From a virus (lineage: Duplodnaviria > Caudoviricetes): 42,667 nucleotides of DNA. The first letter of the stretch is position 1. The number at the start of each line of letters is the position of its first letter. Shown here piece after piece: positions 1 to 11,000 of this stretch. The notes below the pieces were generated by a model. It did no database searches. It was given only the letters and a program-made list of their open reading frames with translations, and was not told the DNA's origin. Location of the stretch: IMG/VR virus record IMGVR_UViG_3300033076_000982, positions 1-42,667 of that record; one strand, written 5' to 3'. Made by a program: the position numbers and the translations under genes.

Positions 1-2175
1 TTTGTAGGTAATGCTGGCGGCGGTGTAATTCTTGACAATCTTAATCCTGTGCGATTCCGAGTAACTGCCGTAGATGGTGGCGGTGGTATTACTGCGTTTG
101 AGATTTCAGAGCCTGGAGTTTATACTACACTTCCTACTGGAGCTATTGCTCAAGCGGCAGTAGTTAGTTACGATACGCGAGTAGCTGTATCTAGAACTCC
201 TGCACCTGCTGGAGCTACATTTACAATCAGTAGCTATAAATTGATGAATGTGGGCATTGGCAGCTCCACTACCGGCACACTGTTTGCAGATAGGCAGACT
301 GCTGTATTTACTGTATTAGGCGGCGGCGGATCTACAGTTCAAATCTATCCAATTTGGGACGGAACTTTTAATAAAATTGGAGGGACAGCCAGAACAGAAC
401 ATAACACTGGATTTTATTTCCGGCATAATGGCTTAAGCTATAAAGTCAAAATGCACTTTCAAAATAGTATTCTTCGTAATTGCCAAGGTGATGGTATGAC
501 TTTTGGCGGTTGCATTGATATGACTACTGACGGACTTATCACAGAAAATTGTTTCCGTGGAGGTCTTACTGTCACAGGTAGCGGAGACTTCACTGGAACT
601 AATGTTCGTTGCCTTGGAGAAGGAAATTCAATTCACGTAGAAGTTTCACAAGGAAGCGGCGTTCTATTAAATCCGCGTCGTTTTAGTCGTGCTGGATCTA
701 TTACGACTGGCGGAGGCGCTGCTGGCACAGGTTATGTTGTTGGAGATATCTTACAGCCTGTCGTAACTACTACGTGTGTCAATCCTGCGCAGTTTTTAGT
801 TCTTCAGGTTGGCGGTTCAGGAGAAATTATCGGACTGCAATTACTTGAAGGCGGAGACTACGAGACAATTGTAGATGCTACTGTGTCTTTGATTGGAGGC
901 GCTGGCACGGGCGCAATCATGACAGTTATTACTGGAGATGAACGTAACACGTTTACTCTGAGTGATTTTATCTGTGATACTGATGCTTCTGATAATCAGC
1001 TGCAGCCGGAAAGCACATACAGCTTTTCGAATGGCAAATGGAAATATCGTCGCATGAGTTTCGCTGATCGCGGAAGTTCTGTTGTCAATATCAGCAATCT
1101 TGAGTTTGAAGGCACTGACAGATCTTTGCACTTTGCGGGATTGATGCCGCAGTATCTCAGTATGAGTAACGTAAAAATTACTCGTAGCGATGAAATTGGT
1201 AATGTTGTATTTGTAAATACCGACTCTCGTAGAGACTCTTGCCTAGCATTTCAAGCAAGCTCTGGCGGATTTTCTGAATATCAGCGCCGCGCATTTTTAG
1301 ATAATGTTACCCTCTTGGGTTTGAGCAATTGCCGTAATCAACAATTTGTTGGCATTCGTTTTATTGGATCTACGACTCCGAATACAATTCGAGTAAAAGA
1401 TCGTATTTGCGTGCAAATGACAAATATGCTCTATGAGCGTGGACTGCAAACAGGAGTTGCTCATTCTGGAGGTTTGCACGTAATTTCTGTTGCTCCTATT
1501 TTTAACTGTCCGATTGGCTATGCTTGGTCTGCTGATAGTCTTACACAAAGCACGCTTGAGAACCGTGGAGGATTTACTCGCTTAAAAGGCTGTGTGTTTC
1601 CTTACTCTTTAAGCATCAATGGCGCTCCTTTTGGTGTTTCTTATGTTGGATTTGATCGCACACCTGTCCGCGAAGAAGATAATTTATTTGCTCCTGTCGC
1701 TGTCGGATTCGGATTTGCCACAACTGCGTATGTGACTGGAGGTGCAAGACTTATTGTAAGTGCAAATACTCCGGCCTTAGCTACAAATAAAGGTGGGTTT
1801 TCTGGAGATATTTGGGAAGTTCGTCCTCCAGTTGCTAATCAGATCAATCGCTATATCGGAACTGTAAATAGTAGAACAGATGCAGTTTGGGTTCCACTGG
1901 CCGGTGAATTTATTCGTGCTACTGCAACCTATAATCCTCCGTCACTTGCAGTAGGAACTAGCGATACCATAAAAACTTTAGCAGTAACTGGAGCTGTAGT
2001 TGGACAGCGCGTAGAGGCTGATTTTGGAGTATCTTCTAACGGATTGAATTTGCGTGCTTATGTATCGGCTGCAGATACCGTTAGTTATTATGCGGAAAAT
2101 CCTTCCGCAAATCCAAACGGCACTCAAGATCTTGCAAGTTCTACTTGCGTGTTTAAAGTGTATCCGTCAACTTAA
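1..2175 (+). CDS. Tailspike / tail fibre, C-terminal 724 aa (continues in frame from 41984..42667 across the genome junction)
   Basis: Frame 1 is open from base 1 (FVGNAGGG...) to TAA 2173-2175. The sequence is Gly/Thr/Val-rich with beta-helix-like repeats (NCQGDGMTFGG, NCFRGGLTVTG) and ends in a small beta domain (ATYNPPSLAVG...VSAADTV) typical of fibre tips. Confidence 0.85.
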   Translation, partial: FVGNAGGGVILDNLNPVRFRVTAVDGGGGITAFEISEPGVYTTLPTGAIAQAAVVSYDTRVAVSRTPAPAGATFTISSYKLMNVGIGSSTTGTLFADRQTAVFTVLGGGGSTVQIYPIWDGTFNKIGGTARTEHNTGFYFRHNGLSYKVKMHFQNSILRNCQGDGMTFGGCIDMTTDGLITENCFRGGLTVTGSGDFTGTNVRCLGEGNSIHVEVSQGSGVLLNPRRFSRAGSITTGGGAAGTGYVVGDILQPVVTTTCVNPAQFLVLQVGGSGEIIGLQLLEGGDYETIVDATVSLIGGAGTGAIMTVITGDERNTFTLSDFICDTDASDNQLQPESTYSFSNGKWKYRRMSFADRGSSVVNISNLEFEGTDRSLHFAGLMPQYLSMSNVKITRSDEIGNVVFVNTDSRRDSCLAFQASSGGFSEYQRRAFLDNVTLLGLSNCRNQQFVGIRFIGSTTPNTIRVKDRICVQMTNMLYERGLQTGVAHSGGLHVISVAPIFNCPIGYAWSADSLTQSTLENRGGFTRLKGCVFPYSLSINGAPFGVSYVGFDRTPVREEDNLFAPVAVGFGFATTAYVTGGARLIVSANTPALATNKGGFSGDIWEVRPPVANQINRYIGTVNSRTDAVWVPLAGEFIRATATYNPPSLAVGTSDTIKTLAVTGAVVGQRVEADFGVSSNGLNLRAYVSAADTVSYYAENPSANPNGTQDLASSTCVFKVYPST

Positions 2176-2185
2176 GGAGATATTT

Positions 2186-2446
2186 ATGGCGTTGGTTTTA
2201 ATGGGATACACAACAAGCTCAGGACAAAATATATTGCGTCCGTATATTCGAGTGCGTAACGGAGAGCGCACAGATGCTTCTTTTATTTATTTTCAACTGG
2301 AATTAAAAGAAAATAGAGAAGCTACTGAACTTCTTGACATCACTCCAGAAGAGAAAATTCCATACGATATCTCAGGCGGCAATTTGCGAGAGCAGATTTA
2401 TGCTTGGCTTAAAGATAATTGGTTTTATCTTCCGGAGAATGTCTGA
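2186..2446 (+). CDS. Small protein after the tailspike (possible fibre assembly chaperone)
   Basis: RBS AAGGAG before ATG 2186 (shorter than the track ORF). The ending 'NLREQIYAWLK' resembles small genes that follow tail fibres. Confidence 0.55.
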   Translation: MALVLMGYTTSSGQNILRPYIRVRNGERTDASFIYFQLELKENREATELLDITPEEKIPYDISGGNLREQIYAWLKDNWFYLPENV

Positions 2447-2907
2447 TGTCTGAATATCCAAATGTTTTAGAATATGGCGCAGCTGGTGCTCTGGTTATTG
2501 CTACTCTGCTATATGTTCGAGGGAAATTTAATGCAGAAGCTAAACGAGACGAAGTAGAAGGAACTCTTGACGAACGAGTTGTAGCTCAAGTTGCAGCAGG
2601 GCAGTTAAGAGAAAAAGCACTTCAAGATCAGTTATTCGCTTCTGAGCAACGTAATGTAGCGTTGCAACTCCAACTCGGAGAAGTGCATAAAAACTTCTCT
2701 GATTTTGCAATCAGCACTACGGCCAGATTTTCAAGTGAAATGACTCAAATACGTGAAGGTTTACACGCACGTATGGAAGAACTAAAAGATGCGCACTCTG
2801 TAGCTTTGAATAAAATTGCAGAAGAGCACCGAGATTGTAAACAAGAACTAGCATTGCTACGCATGGCAATGAATCAAGCAGGAATAAAAATTCCTACAAT
2901 AATTTAA
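2446..2907 (+). CDS. Membrane-anchored coiled-coil protein (holin or lysis-accessory candidate)
   Basis: GGAG RBS and TGATG overlap at 2446. One N-terminal hydrophobic helix (YGAAGALVIATLLYV) followed by a long heptad-like region. Confidence 0.5.
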   Translation: MSEYPNVLEYGAAGALVIATLLYVRGKFNAEAKRDEVEGTLDERVVAQVAAGQLREKALQDQLFASEQRNVALQLQLGEVHKNFSDFAISTTARFSSEMTQIREGLHARMEELKDAHSVALNKIAEEHRDCKQELALLRMAMNQAGIKIPTII

Positions 2908-2919
2908 TTGGAGTAACTC

Positions 2920-4476
2920 ATGCCAGATTATACTTATCGCGGCAATCTTGCCAATGCAACGTTTCCTATGCTTGCTGAGAGTATGGGGCGAACTGTTATT
3001 GTGCCGCAATATGATAATACTTACACTCCGCAAATTGCATCACAAAATGACCCGGATAAAGATCGGGGTATTCCTCAAGCATATTACATGCAAAATGTAG
3101 TGCCTACTGCGCAAGGATATCAGAGTATTGGTTATAGCGCTAAAACAGTGGCACTTGCAGCAGCTTCGTTCTTTCGTAATATTTATATATTGCCAGATGT
3201 ATTTTCTGGGGCAGGAAATAATAATTATATTGCGTATGACGAAGCCACTGGAAATGTATATCTGTGGGATGCAGGAATTATTGGCCCTACTCTAAATGTC
3301 TGGTCAGTGTTAGCTACTTTAACTCCTGGGCCTAGGCTTGTAACAGTAGCTACTGTTACAGGAGTAACTTATATTTGTTTTGGTCAAGGCGAAGTATTTA
3401 AATTTTCAAGAGATAGCGGAATACTTAGTGCAGTTACACTAACCGGATTGTTTCCTACGGCAGCAGAAGGTATTTGTGCTGCGTCTGGCTATCTTATTGT
3501 GTGGGATAATTTTAACACTGTGTATCATTCCAGTGTTTTAGATCCTACTGATTTTGTGCCGTCACTTGCAACAGGCGCTGGATCAGAAATCCCACAACAG
3601 CTGCGAGGCGTCATTACATTTATTGCAGCTGTTGAGCGTGGATTTATTATTTACACTGATCGTAATATTGTTGCTGCTTCATACTCAGGTAATCCTCGGT
3701 ATCCATTTGCGTTCAGTGAAATTTACTCTGCTGGCGGTGTAACTGATATTGATCTCATTGGCATTGGTGCAAATGATGACAGTCATTATGTATATACAAC
3801 GCACGGATTGCAGCGAATTTCATTGCGGCGAGCTGAAAGTATTTTTTCGGACGTAACTGATTTTATCTCATCTGGACGTTACGAGGATTTTAATAATATT
3901 ACCAATGTTCTTACTACACAGGCACTGAACACTGCGTTTGAGATCAAGCTTAATGTTATTTCTTCTCGCTATCTTGTTCTTTCTTACGGACCCACAACTA
4001 CTTATCAGTATGCCCTCATTTATGATCTTGCTCTAGGTCGTTGGGGTAAGTTAAAAATTAGTCATACAGGAACAGTAGAATGGACGTATGACGTAGCAAT
4101 TAATAATCGTGCTCGCGATTGTATTGGATTTATTAAACCCGACGGCACTGTATTGAATGTTGATTTTAACCTCAATACTGCAGGAAATAATGCGGCTTTG
4201 ATATTGGGTAAATTTCAATTTACTCGTAATCGTTTAATGCAATTGCAGCAAGTTGAGCTTGAAAATGTAGAAGCTTCACCTGTGTTTAGTTGCACAGATC
4301 TGTATGCAGTTGATGGCAAAAATTGGCAACAAGCTCCTGGATTTGAATTTTTATCCTCAGGTCAATTGCGAGTATTTAATTTCCGCAGAACCGCTATCAA
4401 CCATTCAATTCTTCTTAAAGGTGGATTTTCTCTCAATACTATTGTGCTCAAGGTGACGCAAAATGGGAATAGATAA
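2920..4476 (+). CDS. Podovirus tail nozzle / head-stabilisation protein (P22 gp10 / T7 gp12-like)
   Basis: 518 aa, beta-rich, with motifs 'MQNVVPTAQGY', 'SSVLDPTDF' and 'LIYDLALGRW' as seen in stabilisation proteins; position in the tail module. Confidence 0.7.
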   Translation: MPDYTYRGNLANATFPMLAESMGRTVIVPQYDNTYTPQIASQNDPDKDRGIPQAYYMQNVVPTAQGYQSIGYSAKTVALAAASFFRNIYILPDVFSGAGNNNYIAYDEATGNVYLWDAGIIGPTLNVWSVLATLTPGPRLVTVATVTGVTYICFGQGEVFKFSRDSGILSAVTLTGLFPTAAEGICAASGYLIVWDNFNTVYHSSVLDPTDFVPSLATGAGSEIPQQLRGVITFIAAVERGFIIYTDRNIVAASYSGNPRYPFAFSEIYSAGGVTDIDLIGIGANDDSHYVYTTHGLQRISLRRAESIFSDVTDFISSGRYEDFNNITNVLTTQALNTAFEIKLNVISSRYLVLSYGPTTTYQYALIYDLALGRWGKLKISHTGTVEWTYDVAINNRARDCIGFIKPDGTVLNVDFNLNTAGNNAALILGKFQFTRNRLMQLQQVELENVEASPVFSCTDLYAVDGKNWQQAPGFEFLSSGQLRVFNFRRTAINHSILLKGGFSLNTIVLKVTQNGNR

Positions 4477-4963
4477 AGCCTCAAATATTCAAAATCTTAT
4501 TACTCAGCTGCCGCGTAATCTCAGTCCGGAGCTTGAACAAGAATTTAATAAGATTTATAGTGCAATCTCTTCTTTGATGTTCAGCTTAGATCCAGCTGCA
4601 GGCGCTGGCGCTACAGATTCAGTAGTTGTAATTGCACAAGAAAATTTGCCTGTTGGCGCACCTGTATATATCACAGGAAGTGGAACTGATCTTATTGCGT
4701 ATCTTGCGGATATGTCAGTAAATCGTCCTACATATGCATTTGTTTCTCAGACTACAGATATTCTTGCAGGTAAAACTGGACGAGTATCTATGCGAGGAAA
4801 TAATGTATTTCTTTCTGGTCTTACTGTAGGCGCTCTGTATTACACAGGAATTACTCCTGGAGTTTATACGAATGTAGATCCGGGCGGAGCCGATTCGCAG
4901 ATTGTAGGTATTGCAATTTCAGAAACATCTCTTTTTATGTCTCCAAATTTGGTAAAGCCATGA
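4463..4963 (+). CDS. Virion structural protein (DUF2190-like cement/tail domain)
   Basis: Pattern 'AQENLPVGAPVY...GLTVGALYY...QIVGIAIS'; overlaps both neighbouring genes. Confidence 0.55.
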   Translation: MGIDKASNIQNLITQLPRNLSPELEQEFNKIYSAISSLMFSLDPAAGAGATDSVVVIAQENLPVGAPVYITGSGTDLIAYLADMSVNRPTYAFVSQTTDILAGKTGRVSMRGNNVFLSGLTVGALYYTGITPGVYTNVDPGGADSQIVGIAISETSLFMSPNLVKP

Positions 4964-5415
4964 CTAATATTTCTACGAATTTTTCGCTTGCAGAGGTTAC
5001 TATCTCTCAAGAAGCTGAACGCAGACGTATTGATAATTCACTGCCTCCAGCTTTATTGCCTGCGGCTAAAAATACAGCTGTGCATATGGAACTTGTTCGC
5101 ACAATCTTAAAGCAGCCAATTCACATTAATTCTTGGTATCGTTGTATCGCGCTTAATCGAGCTATTGGATCTAAAGATACTAGCGCACATCCGCGTGCAG
5201 AGGCTGTAGATTTTATATCTCCTAAGTATGGCAATCCACTTAAAATTGCTCGTGAGCTTATAAAATATCCTGATTTCTTAGATTGGGATCAGCTTATTTG
5301 GGAGCATAGCTGGATTCACATAGCTTGGAATTTTGACCCTGCTCGTAAGAATCGTCGTCAGGTTTTAACCTTGATGCCTAATGGCACTTACGCTACTGGA
5401 TTAGTAGATAAGTAA
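4960..5415 (+). CDS. Endolysin, peptidase M15A family (Zn peptidase)
   Basis: Motifs 'NFSLAE', 'INSWYRC..LN.AIG', 'SAH..AEAVDF' and 'WIHI' give the H-x6-D...H zinc ligands of M15 peptidases. Confidence 0.88.
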   Translation: MTNISTNFSLAEVTISQEAERRRIDNSLPPALLPAAKNTAVHMELVRTILKQPIHINSWYRCIALNRAIGSKDTSAHPRAEAVDFISPKYGNPLKIARELIKYPDFLDWDQLIWEHSWIHIAWNFDPARKNRRQVLTLMPNGTYATGLVDK

Positions 5416-5437
5416 TTTATACAACTGAGGATTTCCA

Positions 5438-6361
5438 ATGCCCGCAACTCTTCCCAATCGTGCACCTGCTAACGGTAATGCTGGACTTGCTCAGTTGCAG
5501 CAATTTATTCAAGCAGTAGCGCCTTCTCGTAATGTAGAGACTACAAGTAATAATATTACTCCTGAAGGTATCAATTATCTTATTCAACAGATTTTGGAAA
5601 GTAATAATGGACTTGCATCTGTGAGTAGCGGACAGAATGTTGCAGGGTCTTATAATAGTAGCACGCAATCATTGATGGTAAATGATCTTCTAGCGCGTGC
5701 TGCTGGTGAGGCTGCAACTCGCGGAGCAACTACTACTCGCACTAGCAGTAATCAGCAGTCAGCACTGGGACAGCTATTAAATGGAGCTTTAGCTGCTCCT
5801 GGAATTATTAACGCGGGTAAAACTCTTGCTGGATTATTAGGCACAGGTTCTGCTGCCTCTGGATTGACTGCATCAGGTGCTTCTCTTACTGCCGCTGCGC
5901 CTTCAATTGCTGGAAGTCTCAGTGCTCCCTTCGCTGCTATTGAGGGAATTGGAGCTGGAACTGCTGCTGGCACTTCTGCTCTTACTGTCGGTGGAACTGC
6001 ATCAGGAGCATCTTCTGCTGCTTTTAGTGGATTAGGTGCAGCTGCTTTGCCTGCTGCGGCTATTTATGCTGGAGTCACTAGTGGCTTAGATTTTGGTGAT
6101 GATGTTCTTAACGGATCATTGCGAGATGTAATAAATGATTTTGGCCCAGCTGGATTTGGCGTTAATGCGCTTTATGATCTTTTTACAGATCCACGCAGTG
6201 TGCTTAATAATCTAGGCGAAAATACAGATGACTTTCTCAGCACCTTTCTAAATCCTATTGGACTTGGCGGCGTAGCAAATAGTTTGGGAGATGCTGTTGG
6301 AGATATTGACAATGTTGTAGGCGGCGCAATAAAAGAAGTTGGCAATTTTTTTGGATTCTAA
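5438..6361 (+). CDS. Internal virion / DNA ejection protein
   Basis: Gly/Ala/Ser-rich 307-aa ORF with hydrophobic stretches, first of three internal virion genes; GAGG RBS. Confidence 0.6.
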   Translation: MPATLPNRAPANGNAGLAQLQQFIQAVAPSRNVETTSNNITPEGINYLIQQILESNNGLASVSSGQNVAGSYNSSTQSLMVNDLLARAAGEAATRGATTTRTSSNQQSALGQLLNGALAAPGIINAGKTLAGLLGTGSAASGLTASGASLTAAAPSIAGSLSAPFAAIEGIGAGTAAGTSALTVGGTASGASSAAFSGLGAAALPAAAIYAGVTSGLDFGDDVLNGSLRDVINDFGPAGFGVNALYDLFTDPRSVLNNLGENTDDFLSTFLNPIGLGGVANSLGDAVGDIDNVVGGAIKEVGNFFGF

Positions 6362-6373
6362 TAGGAGTATATC

Positions 6374-7996
6374 ATGCCCACAGTTGCCGACCTCATTGAG
6401 CAAAGTGCTAATCAGAATTCGATTGCTTCGAGTGCAATTGATCTTTTACTTCAATCTTATTCTGGCTTAGCTGGAGAAGAGCGCAATCAGCAAGCAGCAC
6501 TCCAATCTGCTGGTGATGCCTCCGGAGTAATAAACACGCAACAAGCTCAAGGTGCACTAGAAGCACAGACTGCTTCACGCACTGCTGCTAGAGCATTTGG
6601 CACAGATGTAAATGATGCTGCTCAGATTGTAACTGGATTAGCGCAAGAATTAAATGCTTATTTTAATCAAGCTCGCGCAAGCGCAGCTAAGATTGATGCA
6701 GCTGAAGCTCAAGCACAAAACAATCCAGTAGCAGAACTTATAAATATGGTCACGTTGCCGCAAGAGTATGGCAATTATAATTCAGCCGTAGATCAATATA
6801 ATCTCATCGCTTCGCATCTTGAGGAAGTAAATCAACTCACTCAAGCACAAGCTAAAACTCAAGCAGATATTGCACCGACTGTTACCGTGGCTACGGTAGC
6901 TGCTGTATCTCAGCTGGCTAAAGCTAAAGCCGATGCGGAGGTTAGTAAAAGCAGACAGCAAGAAATTCTGTATAATGTGCAGGGAACTAAAGAAGTCGTT
7001 CAAATGGGACAGACTGAACTTAGTAATAGCTATACTGCGTTTCAGGCAGAAGAAGCTCAAAAGTCTCGTGAACTTCAGCGGCAGCAAGTTGAGCTTGCAA
7101 TGTCTGAGCGGCTGGAAAGATTGCAAGTTAAGCAAGATGATGAAGCTTCTAATGAAGCTACGGCTAACTATGTTCGCCAAGGTTTTGCTAGTTTGTATGG
7201 AGATAAAGCTCCCAATCTTCCAACGCGCACGATTCTTAAAGGTATTCTGCAGCAGAATTCGCAATATCTTACGGCGATGAATATCGGTATGAATCGCGAA
7301 CTTACGGGCAATACTATTATCAGTGATAATCCAGGCACAGCTGCTGCAATTATTATTCGCACAAATGCTCCTTTAACTCCTGAAATGAAAGGAGTTAAAG
7401 ATCTTCTTGTGCAATCAGCTGCTGCGGCTAGTGAAGGTAAAGGTGCAACTGGAGTTGTTGTTCCTAAAACTTTAGATATTACAAAGCAAGATCAAGTTAT
7501 TGCACTCACTGCGGAAAACGCTCGTGCAGTTGCTAAACAGCAGTTAAGTAAAATTGCTCCGAACGATTTCTCTAACATTTATCTTGCGCCTAGCGCTAAA
7601 AGTATTGCAGCTTTGCGCGGCATTCAGTCAGATCCATTTTTTCAAAAAGTGCTTAAAACTCAAATTGAAAATGGTATGACTGAATCTGACCCGGATAAAA
7701 TTTTAGGTCTGGCTGCAGTTGCTGTAGGTGATGGAACTATCAAAGTAAATGAAGCAGCTCGTGGAATCAGTCTGTTTTTTACTGGTGCTTATAAGCTTAA
7801 CAATCAAATCAAAGATTATAAGCGAGTAGGTCTACCAGAACAGACGTCTTACATGGCTCCTGTTTCATACCAAGGTGGATTTTACGCAAATCTTGATATG
7901 AGCAGTCGCACTGACGTAGCTAAGATTCTTGCGGCTCGCTTGATTGAAGATGGATTCCGTCGTCAAGTTGAGCGTCTGAACGCTACTAAAAATTAA
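6374..7996 (+). CDS. Internal virion / ejection protein
   Basis: Ala/Gln-rich helical 540-aa ORF with AGGAG RBS; synteny. Confidence 0.6.
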   Translation: MPTVADLIEQSANQNSIASSAIDLLLQSYSGLAGEERNQQAALQSAGDASGVINTQQAQGALEAQTASRTAARAFGTDVNDAAQIVTGLAQELNAYFNQARASAAKIDAAEAQAQNNPVAELINMVTLPQEYGNYNSAVDQYNLIASHLEEVNQLTQAQAKTQADIAPTVTVATVAAVSQLAKAKADAEVSKSRQQEILYNVQGTKEVVQMGQTELSNSYTAFQAEEAQKSRELQRQQVELAMSERLERLQVKQDDEASNEATANYVRQGFASLYGDKAPNLPTRTILKGILQQNSQYLTAMNIGMNRELTGNTIISDNPGTAAAIIIRTNAPLTPEMKGVKDLLVQSAAAASEGKGATGVVVPKTLDITKQDQVIALTAENARAVAKQQLSKIAPNDFSNIYLAPSAKSIAALRGIQSDPFFQKVLKTQIENGMTESDPDKILGLAAVAVGDGTIKVNEAARGISLFFTGAYKLNNQIKDYKRVGLPEQTSYMAPVSYQGGFYANLDMSSRTDVAKILAARLIEDGFRRQVERLNATKN

Positions 7997-8005
7997 GGAT
8001 AATTT

Positions 8006-11000
8006 ATGGCTGACTTCTCAATTTTTTCTAATGACGTTGCTCCTCAAGATCCTGTTCCCTCAGGCGCAGATGCACTACCCTCGTATTATAATGCACTGGA
8101 TTCTCATAATTATGGGAATGGAAATTTTGCATTTACTGATCCAAGCACTTGGGGCCAGAGTCTCGATAACGCTGGAAAATTCATTCTTGGTGCGGCTTAT
8201 TCTGGCCGTAATGGATTTTATAACACCGGCGTAGCTATTGGTAATTTTTTTGGAGCAGACCTTGAAGAGAAGGATACAGCTACTGATCTGGCTAATATTG
8301 ATTCAGATCTTTCTGCGTATTATGTCGCTAATAAAGAAGATATTGATCTCGCAGGATTTATTGTAAGCTCTCTCGTTCCAGGTATTGGCGGAACTAAGAT
8401 TCTATCTGCAGGTAAACTTGCACTCAGAGAAGCTGCTGCGGCAGGAACTCTAGGGGATAATGTTGCTGCAGGTCTTGGATTGTTTCGTCCAACTACTGTG
8501 CTTACTAAGGAAGCGGCACAGCAAATTGTTGCTGGACAAGCTGCATTTAGCAATCTAACTTCTGGAACCATTAAAGCACTTGCATCTGGCGTAGGCGGCG
8601 CGGCACTTGAAGGTGCTGCATTTGAGCTTGCAGTAGCTGCAACTATGTTTAAATCTCCTGTGCTAGACCAAGCCGATGGATGGGACATTGCTAAAAATGT
8701 GCTTCTCGGTGCAGGCGTCAGTGGCGTAATTGGCGGTGCATTCAATGCAGCTAAAGTATACGGAGCTATTCGTAGCGAAGTTAAGATTGCTAATGAGGCG
8801 GAAAAACCATTTACATCTATCAGCGAACTGCCTAAAATTGCATCTCCAGCTGAACGGCTAATTCAAAGATTTGAAGATGTGGAAGCTACTCCTGGCATTC
8901 TAGCAGACACTGCAGATAATGCTACTAAATTGAATCGTCTCCGTAGCGACAAGCTTACTAAATTAAATAATCTTGCTCGCACAGAAGTGCATGAGATGAG
9001 CGCATCTGCAGATCCTGTGCTTGGAAACATGTTGGCAGATTCTCTTGTTGGCGCCAACGCTCAGACTGTGCGTGAAGGATTTGCCTATGCTACTCAAATT
9101 GGCAGACTTGCAGATGACCTAGGCGTAGAAGTCGCATCTAGGCAGATTGCAAAAGAAAATGCAAAAGCAGTTGCCAAAAAACTTCCACTCAAAGAAGATA
9201 CTAATTCAGTTCAATATGTAGGATTGACAGGCGAAGGTAAAGGTATAATTAGTTCTGTTGCTCCGCGCACTCCTAATATTGCAGATACTGTTGTTCCTCG
9301 TGCAGGTCAGACTATTGCTGCTGCTGTCGAAGAAAAGATTGCTGCCTATGGATTTAATTCTAAAAAGTTGTGGGACGCAACTAAAGTAACAAGTCATCTG
9401 GAAGCTGAGGCTCGTTACTATTGGGCACGTAATCAAACTGCGCTTCCTCGCGTATTTGCTGAAGTGCACGAAAATGATATTCCTTTGCTTCAAAAAGCAT
9501 ATGCTCAGAAAAAGGCGGGCAGTCTGGAGCATATGATTTTGGAAGATTCTAAGGGACAACAGTTTCGACTTGATACTGCTGATGACATTCTTGATGCGCT
9601 GCGAGAAGCTAAACAGCGAGTAGCTAATACTCTTGAAAAATCTCCTGCATTTAAGGGTCAGGACATTGATCCTATTGCGCGCATTGTTAATACTCGCGTT
9701 AGCTGGCTAGACGGTGCGCGCAGTCCGAATGAATTAGATGATATTTTTGCGCATGAATCTTATACTGCAAAATATCATGAAGAACTTGTAGATAAAGGTC
9801 TGCGTCGTGCTACTGATGCGCCTACTGATCTTTCACTCCTGCCGAGTGTAATGAAAGTAGGATATGATCGTGCTGCAATGAATGAAGTAAATGGCATGAT
9901 GCTGCAAGGACTTAGCTGGTTAGAAGCTAAATCTAAGATTTACATGGAAGCAGTAGATAATGTAGTTGCTTCTCAGACTGGATCTTTGTATCAGCGCTTT
10001 ATTGAATTTCCAAAAGAGCTGCTGCTAAAGGCAAATCAATACGGCGCAGGTGGAAAACTATTTGCATTTAGCAACGGTAACTACGGATCTGCTGCGTCAT
10101 TTGCAGAACAAATTGGATCTGCCACTGCGCAGCTAGAGAAGGAAGTAATGAAAAATACTTCCACTCGTTTGGAATCTGTTGCTTATCAATTAGTGAATAA
10201 CAAAGAAGCTGCTATTGAGTTTCAGTATCTGCAAGAAAAGGTAGCTGGAACTGCAGAGCATTATATTCTTAGCGCAGATGGAACAGAACTTGTAGCTCGC
10301 AGCGTTCAAGATTATTTGGACAAGGTTGCACGTGGCGCTAAAAATCTTAAAGAGCCTGAATTACAGCCAGGTGCTCCTGCTACTATTCCAATTCAAAATC
10401 AAATTACACGCGACGCTGTTGCTGCTCATATTGAAGTTTCTGGTGGACGAGTTTCCAAGACTAAAGAAATTCGAGCCGTGCAAGGATTAGAAGATTCTAA
10501 AGATCCTCGCACATTTTATCCGGTTCGCCCAAATCCTAAAGATTATAAATTTTTTGCATTTGTAAAAGATCCTACTGTAACTGCCGGTGCTGCTGGTCAT
10601 ACAACTATGATTCACGCAGCCAGTGAGGTCGAGTTACAGCGCCTGATTGAAAAGGTTCCCAGTAACCTGAATGTATACACGAAGAAACAGGCAGAAGAAT
10701 TTTATCAGGCGCAGGGATCATATGATTTTGATCGCACTCTGCATGATAATTATATTGACTCTGCGTTGCGCAAAGCTGGCGTCAATTCACAGTTTCTACA
10801 GAAAACTGATCCATCAAAGATTACTAAAGATTGGCTGGACGATCATCTAACTCGTGATCGCACTTATGCTCGTGAGGTTGTGAGCGCTAAGTATCAACCG
10901 GTAATGGATGAATTGCGCCGACTTGGCGATCAATATACTGGCATTGCTACATCTAAGTATGGATCTTCCAGCATCCAAAAATATGCTGGCGATACAGTAA

